Below are positions 23,385 to 32,736 of a DNA stretch of 32,736 bases, piece after piece. Positions within the stretch are counted from its first letter, which is position 1. Each line of letters opens with the position of its first letter. A program made the translations under genes and the position numbers. Below the pieces are notes generated by a model that had not been told where the DNA came from, searched no databases, and saw only the letters and a program-made list of their open reading frames with translations. This stretch comes from a bacterium (GTDB lineage: Bacteria; SAR324; NAC60-12), in NCBI GenBank assembly GCA_965233585.1, contig CBDDTI010000731.1, forward strand, positions 1 through 32,736, written 5' to 3'.

Positions 23385-24890
23385 CTTTGTCCAATTGTGG
23401 TACCAGGCAAACTTAGCACAACAAAAAATACTGGTGGTTTGTCCAATTGTGGTTTAGGCAAACTTAATACCACACAATGATGTCCCCAAAACTGGTGCCT
23501 TGTCCAAGTGTGGTCTCAGGCAAACTTAACACCACAACCCTAAGTCCCACTGACTAGTGCTTTGTCCAATTGTGGTCTCAGGCAACCTTAAAACCACATT
23601 ATCTTGTCCCACTACCTGGTGTTTTGTCCAATTGTGGTCTCAGGCAAACTTAGCACCAAAAAATTGTTGTCCCGATAACTAATGCTTTGTCCAATTGTGG
23701 TCTTAAGCAACCTTAACACCACATATTCACGTCCCACTTACAAGTGCTTTGTCCAATTGTGGTCTCAGGCAACCTTAGAACCACAATATCTTGTCCCACT
23801 ACCTGGTGCTTTGTCCAATTGTGGTCTCAGGCAAACTTAGCACCCAAAAATTGTTGTCCCGATAACTAGTGCTTTGTCCAATTGTGGTCTTAGGCAAACT
23901 TAACACCACAACCCTAAGTCCCACTGACTAGTGCTTTGTCCAATTGTGGTCTCAGGCAACCTTAAAACCACAATATCTTGTCCCACTAGCTGGTGCTTTG
24001 TCCAATTGTGGTCTCAGGCAAACTTAGCACCAAAAATTTGTTGTCCCGATAACTAGTGCTTTGTCCAATTGTGGTCTTAGGCAACCTTAACACCACATAC
24101 TCACGTCCCACTTACTAGTGCTTTGTCCAATTGTGGTCTCAGGCAAACTAAGAACCACAATATCTTGTCCCACTAGCTGGTGCTTTGTCCAATTGTGGTC
24201 TCAGGCAAACTTAGCACCCAAAAATTGTTGTCCCGATAACTAGTGCTTTGTCCAACTGTGGTCTTAGGCAACCTTAACACCACATATTCACGTCCCACTT
24301 ACTAGTGCTTTGTCCAATTGTGGTCTTAGGCAAACTTAGAACCACAATATCTTGTCCCACTAGCTGGTGCTTTGTCCAATTGTGGTCTCAGGCAAGCTTA
24401 GCACCAAAAAATCGTTGTCCCAATACCTGGTGCTTTGTCCAATTGTGGTCTTAGGCAACCTTAACACCACATATTGATGTCCCACTGACTTGTGCTTTGT
24501 CCAATTGTGGTCTTAGGCAAACTTAACACCACATATTGATGTCCCACTGACTTGTGCTTTGTCCAATTGTGGTCTTAGGCAAACTTAACACCACGTATTG
24601 ATGTCCCACTGACTTGTGCTTTGTCCAATTGTGGTCTTAGGCAAACTTAACACCACATATTGATGTCCCACTGACTTGTGCTTTGTCCAATTGTGGTCTC
24701 GGGCAAACTTAGAACCACAATATCTTGTCCCACTACCTGGTGCTTTGTCCAATTGTGGTCTTAGGCAAACTTAACACCACATGTTTACGTCCCACTGACT
24801 AGTGCTTTGTCCAATTGTGGTCTCAGGCAAACTTAGAACCACATTCTCTGGTCCCACTGACTGGTGCTTTGTCCCATTGTGGTGTTTGGT
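23385..24890. repeat. 62/63-bp satellite, ~24 units, with a 187-bp trimeric higher-order structure and an internal dyad
   Basis: Core GTGCTTTGTCCAATTGTGGTCT(C/T)AGGCAA(A/C)CTTA..ACC recurs with spacings 62, 62, 63. The variable halves recur in the order ABC DBC ABC DBC DBC EEEE. Confidence 0.93.
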
Positions 24891-25494
24891 TTAAGCTAAC
24901 ACCACAAGTTATGTCCCAGAAAAGTTTTTGATTTGTCCAGATGTGGTGTTTGGGAAAACTACGGACCACATTTCGAGTCCCGGGACAAGAAAATTGTCCA
25001 GATGTGGTGCTAAGCTGTTGTGCTAGGTGTGCCAAGGACAACAATTTCTGTCCCGGGACGTGAAATTGTCCCGGGACAAAATTTGTGGTGTTAGGATGCT
25101 CATCTGAACACCACAATTGGACGATGTGGTCTAATGTTCCGAAGATGTGGTCTAAGTTTCCTAAGATGTGGTTAGGGTTAGGCCTAACCACATTGTCCCG
25201 GTTTTTGGCCTGGGTTGTCCCGATTTTTACCTGGGTTGTCCCAGATATTTCTGGGTTGTCCCTAAATATTTCTGGGTTGTCCCAGATATTTCTGGGTTTC
25301 TAAATTTTTTAGGTTTGTCCCGTTGTTGTGCTAGGTTGTCCCATCGTTGTGTTAGGTTGTTTTTTTTTTTTTTTAAATTGTCCTCTTGTGGTGCTAGGTT
25401 GTTGCAGTGTGGTTTTAGGCTGGCAATCTTCAATCTGTCCAGTTGTGGTGCTAGGTTGATTTTGAATGTGTCCCGTTGAGGTGCTAGGCTGTCC

Positions 25495-26238
25495 CAATGT
25501 GGTGTTAGGCAAACTTAGAACCACACAAAAATGTCCCAGCAACTGGTTCTTTGTCCAAATGTGGTGTTAGGCAAACTTAGAACCACACAAAAATGTCCCA
25601 GCAACTGGTTCTTTGTCCAAATGTGGTGTTAGGCAAACTTAGAACCACACAAAAATGTCCCAGCAACTGGTTCTTTGTCCAAATGTGGTGTTAGGCAAAC
25701 TTAGGACCCCATAAAAATGTCCCAGCAACTGGTTCTTTGTCCAAATGTGGTGTTAGGGAAACTTAGGACCCCATAAAAATGTCCCCGTAACTGGTTCTTT
25801 GTCCAAATGTGGTGTTAGGCAAACTTAGGACCCCATAAAAATGTCCCAGCAACTGGTTCGTTGTCCAAATGTGGTGTTAGGCAAACTTAGGACCCCATAA
25901 AATTGTCCCCGTAACTGGTTCTTTGTCCAAATGTGGTGTTAGGCAAACTTAGGACCCCATAAAAATGTCCCAGCAACTGGTTCTTTGTCCAAATGTGGTG
26001 TTAGGCAAACTTAGGACCCCATAAAATTGTCCCCGTAACTGGTTCTTTGTCCAAATGTGGTGTTAGGCAAACTTAGGACCCCATAAAATGTCCCCGTAAC
26101 TGGTTCTTTGTCCAAATGTGGTGTTAGGCAAACTTAGGACCCATAAAAATGTCCCCGTAACTGGTTCTTTGTCCAAATGTGGTCTTAGGCAAACTTAGTA
26201 CCACATAATGATGTCCAATAACTGGTGCTTTGTCCATT
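25495..26238. repeat. Second, more homogeneous 62-bp satellite block, ~12 units
   Basis: GTGGTGTTAGGCAAACTTAG(A/G)ACC(A/C)CA.AAAAATGTCCC.G.AACTGGTTCTTTGTCCAAAT at 25561, 25623, 25685, etc. Confidence 0.93.
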
Positions 26239-26520
26239 TTTATGTGCTGGGATAGAAATTGTACCCCTTTAGAAAATGTAGAAGTTAATATTGAAAATTG
26301 AGAAACTAAAGAAGTACCCCTTTTGAAAATGTAGAAGTTAATATTGAAAATTCAGAAAGTAATGTTGAAAAAATCTCTAGTAGTTAGTAGCTGTGCTGCT
26401 GGTTCTCACAGTTTAAAAATCAACGAAATTATGGTTAGGGTGGTTGTTCTCAACGGTAATTGGTCTTAGGATATGTTGAAAAATTGTAGTAGTTAATAGT
26501 TTTGCTACTTTTTTCTATCA

Positions 26521-26720
26521 GGTCAATAAAATTATGGTTAAAGTTATTTAAAGGTCAAAAAGTATGGTTAGAGTTTTTAAAGGTCAGTAAAATTATGGTT
26601 TGAGTTCTTTAAAGGTCAATAAAATTATGGTTATAGTTATTTAAAGGTCAATAAAATTATGGTTATAGTTATTTAAAGGTCAATAAAATTATGGTTATAG
26701 TTATTTAAAGGTCAAAAAAA
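26521..26720. repeat. ~32-bp AT-rich minisatellite, ~6 copies
   Basis: AAAGGTCAATAAAATTATGGTTATAGTTATTT at 26611, 26643, 26675 and others. A single related unit lies at ~8671 in copy A. Confidence 0.9.
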
Positions 26721-26827
26721 TTACTTCAAGTTCGATCTCCGGACTGGTCAGAACGTTTTTCCCAAGTCCGCTCCGCCGATCGAAGTCTATCCAGTAAGGG
26801 TAGCTGCGAATGGATCGCTGTTTATCG

Positions 26828-27566
26828 CATTCGGTCCGCAGCCAGGCACTCGTGCTCCTTGTGTCTTCCTGGTACGTGGTCTTGATGGCCTTGATCTTGG
26901 CCATTGTTGATTTCACCATCTCCTTGTCAAACTGGTCATTGCTCCCTATCCATGTGAGGAGCATGCCCAGTGAGTCCATACAGGTGACCAGGCCGTGCGG
27001 TCCAGTGGTGGACACCTTTTGGCAGAGATTGAGCTTCCCCTCGATCACTGTTACATCAAGAAACTTCTCCAGGTCCACTTTGTCGCTGTCCAGCCAGTAG
27101 GCCATTTCTGCAATTTGGCGGCGGTAGAGATCACAGGTTGACTTGCTTAGGACACATCAACCCGCAATGGCAGCCAGCGGGTGAACTCGAGCATGGGCCC
27201 TCTTCGGTGCTGTGCTTCTTCTCAAGCCAAGGCGCCTTGACTCCATGTGCTCGGTCGCAGTACGATGCGTAAAGTGGCTGGGCACTGCCTTGACACGGTA
27301 CGTGCCACCGAACAACTTGCTGCAACCTTCGCCTGGTTTCCAGGGACCACTTGCGTCGTGGGTTGGGGGCGTTCCATTGCTGCCGGTTTAATGTTGGCCG
27401 TTGCTGGTTGAGGTAGTTGGTACTGTCTTGGTGAAGAACGAGGCAATGTTACCCGTCTGCACCGTTGTTTGGCACCATCGGACATAGTCGATGGCCGATG
27501 GTGCGAGGTCGAACTCCTCGTCTAAGCCTGTCTGGACGTGACTGGTCTTGAGTCTGTAAAATACAT
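26828..27566 (-). pseudogene. Decayed, rearranged 5' half of the tyrosine recombinase gene (no catalytic domain)
   Basis: MYFTDSRPVTSRQA* vs MWFTDPRPAMSRRVYK; NIASFFTKTVPTTSTSN; MAYWLDSDKVDLEKF...GSNDQFDKEMVKSTMAKIKAIK. It has an early stop and frameshifts, and homology ends near residue 272. Confidence 0.9.
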
Positions 27567-27839
27567 CAATGGAGAGCCAACTGATTAGTGAATTGTTCAT
27601 GGTAATGAAATATACATTACTAGGGTTGACTGGGTCAATCACAAATAAGTATCGATATTGTCTGCATCAATTGCACTGTCCACTGTGTAACCTTCCTCTT
27701 AAATAGAGTATTTTGTCAAAGTGGTATAACGTTTATCATTGTATTTCTCGCTTGTGTATTTGTGATTGTATTTGTATGTGTTTGTTTTGATAGTGGCTTG
27801 GTGTAGATCTCTATCTATCTATCTATCTATCTCTATGTC

Positions 27840-27884
<45 letters not shown>

Positions 27885-27887
27885 GTC

Positions 27888-27923
<36 letters not shown>

Positions 27924-28171
27924 GGGTTGGAGTTAGGGTTAAACCTAAGGGTTAGGGTTCATGGTTATGAAATCTACATTACTAGGGTTGACTGAGTCAA
28001 TCACAAATAAGTGGCGATGTTGTCTACATCAATTGCACTCTGCACTGTTTGACGTTCCTTTTGAATAGAGTATTTTGTCAAAAGTGGTATGACTTTCATA
28101 ATTGTATTTCTCGCTTGTGTGTACACGTATTTGTATCCCTTTGTTTTGACCGTCGCTTAGTGCAGATCTCT

Positions 28172-28219
<48 letters not shown>

Positions 28220-30051
28220 TCTCTCTCTCATTCTCTCTCTCTCCTCCCTCTCTTTTGTATATTTTTAACTGAGCAGCTCCGACCAGGGTCATGTTCGCTT
28301 GAGTCAATTTCGTTTGTTTCTGGATGGTATGTATTCTTTCGTCATTTCGTCACGTCATGTTGTTTCAAAAGGTCTTACAATTATTGAAAAAAAAAACCGT
28401 ATTTGTATTTGTCTTCACTTTGAAAACGTATTCTCGTAGACACGATACACTTTGACTTTCGGCAAATTTCAGCAAAGATTTCAGAACATATCTGTACACA
28501 ACTTCAGTGCTCATTCTTTTTCTCATTGCACACTGGCACAGTTTACCGGTATACCCTGCTAACATTGCTCGTGCACTTCTTTGACTGTGAGTCTAACAAA
28601 TAGAAAACCGTTCTTTTAGATATGTAAAACCATTCCTTACCTTTGCTAGATTGCGACAGATGACACTGCTGACCTCCCGTCTGACTGGTCGGTAACTCCG
28701 TCTGCTCCCTGCAAAGAAAAAAAAGGAATGGTGGCAGTTACCTAAGGGTTCATGAGATAACTTCCATGATGTCATTTCAGAAAGATGACATGCATTTTAT
28801 TACTACCACATTATTGTTTCTTTATTTTCTCATTGTGGGCTGTTTTGAAGGAGACCTCTGGTCTGTTGGCCTGTCTACATAATATTATTGTAAAACAAAC
28901 CCAACAACAGCAATATGCAACAACAACCACAACAACAACAACTACAACAACAACATTAACAACAAGAACAAGAACCAAAACAATAACAACAAAAACAACA
29001 ACAAAAACGTACCTATTCTCTGCGCTAACACCCGCCTGCTGCGGTGCATCCTCTTTTGCTGGTAGGTTCTGCATGATGTCTGGATGGTGTTAAAGATGAG
29101 GTTGAATATTAAATGAAGCTGGCCTTAATCTACTTAGGGCTACCCTGTAGAGTGTAATGTTGCAAGGATCATCAGGTACCAAAAGCTAATGTAAAGGCTT
29201 TCATTGAGAAGAGTAAGTCTGGCTTTCATTGTCCTCGGAAAACTTCCTGAATTCTTTACTGACCTACCTGGGTCCTGGACCTGCCTGCTGCACGGTACCC
29301 TAAAACGCCACATGCACATTTTAAGCTTTCTTGGAGGGCAATAACTGCCCCAAGCAAGAATATCACTCAAAAAACATTTATTTCTTTTTTATCTTCATCT
29401 ATTCTCTGGCCTTTTTTTTCAAGTGAGCTCAAGCAGGGATGGGGCTTTTATAAGCATTTGCTTCTTACTTTTCTGCAATCTTGTGTAAAAAAATGGATGA
29501 ATGATTGAATGAAGAAATGAATGATTGATTGAATTATCATTGTATGATTTGATATGCGCTCTGCAAATTGTTTAAGATTGTTGTGGTTTCGTATGGGTCT
29601 GACAGTATTCAGAAAAGAACCATGAAATCTTTACTGACCTTCTCCGTGGCTCTCTGCCCACCTCCTAATCGATGTCCTCACTGTCTGCTTCGAACTGCTG
29701 ACTGCAAACGGACAAAGAGTGTAGTGAATGATTAGGGTTAAGGTTAGGGTAAGGGTTAGGGTTAGGGTTTGGGGTTTAGGGTTTATTATCAGGGTTAAGG
29801 GTAAGGGTTGATTGTTGTGAAATCTACATTACTAGGATTGTTGTGAAATCTACATTACTAGGATTGACTGAGTTAATCACAAATAAGTGGCGAAATTGTC
29901 TACATCAATTGCACTGTGCACTGTTTAACCTTCTTTTTAAGTAGAGTATTTTATCAAAAGTGGTATCACTTCCATATTTGTATTTCTCGCTTGTGTATAT
30001 TTGTATTTGTATCTGTTTGTTGTGACAGTGGCTTGTTGTTGATCTCTCTTC

Positions 30052-30089
<38 letters not shown>

Positions 30090-30478
30090 GTTTCAGTTAT
30101 TCCCTAAGCATTATGTTGCACCAAAAGCTAATTTAAAGGTTTTCATTGAGAAGAGTAAGTCTGGCATTCTTTGTTCTCGGAAAACTTCCTGAATTATTTG
30201 CTGACCTATACCTGGCTCTTGCCCTGCCTGCTCCACGGTAACCTAAAACACCACATGCACACTTTAAACTTTTTTGGAGTACAATAACTGCAACGAGCAA
30301 GAATATTATACAAAAAAAATTATATTTTTTCTTCGTCAATTCTCTGGCCTATTATTTTTTTTTAAGTGGACTCAGTCAGGGACAGGGCTTTGACAAGCAT
30401 TTGCTCTTTACTTTTCTGCAATCTTGCCTAAATAAATGGATTAATGGTTGTATGAATCAATGAATGATCAATTGAATT

Positions 30479-30871
30479 TAAAGGGAAGGTTAAACAGTGC
30501 ACAGTAAAATTGATGTAGACAATGTCGCCACTTACTTGTGATTGTTTCAGTCAACCCTAGTAATGTAGATTTCACAACAAGCAACCCTATCCTTAACCCT
30601 TAACCCCAACTCTAACGATAAACTCTAAACGCAAAACCCTGACCCTATCCCTAACCTTAACCCCAATCAATCACAACACTCTTTCTCCGTTTGCAGGCAG
30701 CAGTTCGAAGCAGACAGTGAGGACAACCATTAGGAGGTGGGCAGAGAGCCAGAGAAAAGGTCAGTAAAGATTTCATGGATCTTTTCTGAAAACTGTCAAA
30801 CCCATACGACCCAGGAACAATCACTACAATCTTAAACAATTTGCAGAGCGCAAATCAAAGCGGACAATGAT
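30479..30871 (-). other. Precise in-place inversion (393 bp) of a backbone segment
   Basis: Reverse complement of the ATCATTGTC...TTAACCTTCCCTTTA segment. The normal flanks (..TTGAATT and AATAGAGTATTTT) are retained on both sides. Confidence 0.85.
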
Positions 30872-31017
30872 AATAGAGTATTTTGTCAAAAGTGGTATAA
30901 CTTTCATAATTGTATTCTCGCTTGTGTGTATTTGTCTTTGTATCTGTTTGCTTTGACAGTTGCTTGGTGTAAATCTCTCTCTCTGTCTCTCTGTCTATCT
31001 CTGTCTCTCTCTGTCTC

Positions 31018-31107
<90 letters not shown>

Positions 31108-31185
31108 CGCCTCTCTTTCCTCATTCCTTTCTACCGAGCAGTTTAGGATAAGGGTTAGGGTTAGGGTTCATGGTGATGAAATCTA

Positions 31186-31398
31186 CTACCCTGGACAAAA
31201 AAGAACCATCCTTCTGATGCATCATGTGGAGAATCTGCAAGCGGATTTCGCCGCGATGCAACGATGGGTGAAGTAGCGGCAGTCGCACGTCGCTTTCGCT
31301 CGCGGTTTCGCAGCTGAATCGAACATCTTGATTCCTCGACATCACAAGATTCTGATTTTATGTATCAGGAGCATGGTTCTTATTTTTGTCCAGGTTAG
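31186..31398. mobile_element. 213-bp MITE with TA target duplication (Tc1/mariner-type)
   Basis: Splits the module AAATCTA|CATTACTAGGG with TA at 31184-85 and 31399-400. TIRs of ~37 bp: CTACCCTGGACAAAAAAGAACCAT... and the reverse-complemented right end CTAACCTGGACAAAAATAAGAACCAT... Confidence 0.85.
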
Positions 31399-31738
31399 TA
31401 CATTACTAGGGTAGTCTGTGTCAATCACAATTAAGTGGTGATATTGTCTACATCAATAGGGTTAGGGTTAGGGTTTGGGGTTTAGAGTTTATGGTTAGAG
31501 TGATGGTCAATAGTTAAGGTTAGGGGTGAGTGTTGTGAAATGTACATTACTAGGGTTGACTGAAACAATCAAAAGGAAGTGGCGACATCGTCTACAGCAA
31601 TTGCACTGTGCACTCTTTAGCCTTCCTTTTAATAGAGTCTTTTTTTTTCAAAAGTGGATAACTTTCATAATTGTTTTTCTCGCTTGTGTGTGTGTTTGTA
31701 TTTGCATTTATATCTGTTTGTTTGACAGTCGCTTGGTG

Positions 31739-31774
<36 letters not shown>

Positions 31775-31809
31775 CGCCCTCTCTTTCCTCATTCTTTTTG
31801 ACTGAGCAA

Positions 31810-32736
31810 TTTAGGGGTAGGGTTAGGTTTAGAGTTAGTGGTTAGAGTTAGGGTAAGAGGTTGGGTCCATGGTTACAAAATCTACATCACTAAGGTTGAC
31901 TGTGTCGATCACATTTAAGTGGCGATATTGTCTACATCAATAGAGTTACAGTTAGGTTTACGGTTAGGGTTAGGGGTTTAGAGTTTATGGTTAGACCTAG
32001 CGTTAAGGTTAGGTTTGACTGTTGTGAAATCTACATTACTAGGGTTGACTGTGTCAATCACAATTAAGTGGCGATATTGTCTACATCAAGAGGGTTACGG
32101 TTAGGTTTAGGGTTAGCGTTAGGGTTTGGGGTTTAGAGTTTATGGTTAGAGTTAGGGTTAAGGTTAGGGTTAGGTTTAGGGTTAGCGTTAGGGTTTGGGG
32201 TTTAGAGTTTATGGTTAGAGTTAGGGTTAAGGTTAGGTCTCACTGTTGTGAAATCTACATTACTAGGGTTGACTGTGTCAATCACAATTAAGTGGCGATA
32301 TTGTCTACATCAAGAGGGTTAGGGTTAGGTTTAGGGTTAGCGTTAGGGTTTGGGGTTTAGAGTTTATGGTTAGAGTTAGGGTTAAGGTTAGGGTTAGCGT
32401 TAGGGTTTGGGGTTTAGAGTTTATGGTTAGAGTTAGGGTTAAGGTTAGGGTTAGGTTTAGGGTTAGCGTTAGGGTTTGGGGTTTAGAGTTTATGGTTAGA
32501 GTTAGGGTTAAGGTTAGGGTTAGGTTTAGGGTTAGCGTTAGGGTTTGGGGTTTAGAGTTTATGGTTAGAGTTAGGGTGAAGGTTAGGGTTAGGTTTAGGG
32601 TTAGCGTTAGGGTTTGGGGTTTAGAGTTTATGGTTAGAGTTAGGGTGAAGGTTAGGGTTAGGTTTAGGGTTAGCGTTAGGGTTTGGGGTTTAGAGTTTAT
32701 GGTTAGAGTTAGGGTTAAGGTTAGGTCTCACTGTTG
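31810..32736 (+). repeat. Degenerate TTAGGG array with the 69-bp higher-order unit, running off the window end
   Basis: Same 69-bp unit and ~60-bp module as at 1-1035. Confidence 0.9.

Noticed and set aside
23385..26238. CRISPR array (conserved palindromic repeat plus variable spacer)
   Set aside because: The variable parts are mutually homologous (all contain GTCCC), recur periodically and are not unique spacers. There are no cas genes and the context is eukaryotic.

Overview
Repeat-dominated eukaryotic window, probably metazoan and subtelomere-like. Both ends carry degenerate TTAGGG arrays, G-rich on the + strand. Only two ORFs are credible. The first is an intronless, divergent histone H3 variant (7590-7997, +). 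The second, convergent with it, is an intact ~800-aa tyrosine recombinase (8867-11287, -). It is Crypton/CryptonV-like and has an N-terminal Cys/His finger, the catalytic R-K-(T)xxR-H-Y set, an NLS, SIM-like motifs, a long acidic tract and a C-terminal Myb/SANT helix resembling a telobox. Both genes sit in a ~13-kb composite unit that occurs twice in tandem (about 1.4-13.6 kb and 14.35-29.6 kb). The second copy lacks H3, has a broken and rearranged recombinase, and has expanded ~227-, 62- and 32-bp tandem arrays; the 62-bp unit contains a dyad. The backbone is a ~2-kb (CT)n/(CAA)n repeat whose copies are separated by TTAGGG patches. Also present are TTAA-TSD and TA-TSD MITEs, a tRNA-derived SINE and a precise 393-bp inversion. 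The best candidate for a new system is a possibly telomere-repeat-targeting tyrosine-recombinase element with a captured H3 variant. That functional reading is inference. Nearly all other short ORFs are microsatellite or antisense artefacts.
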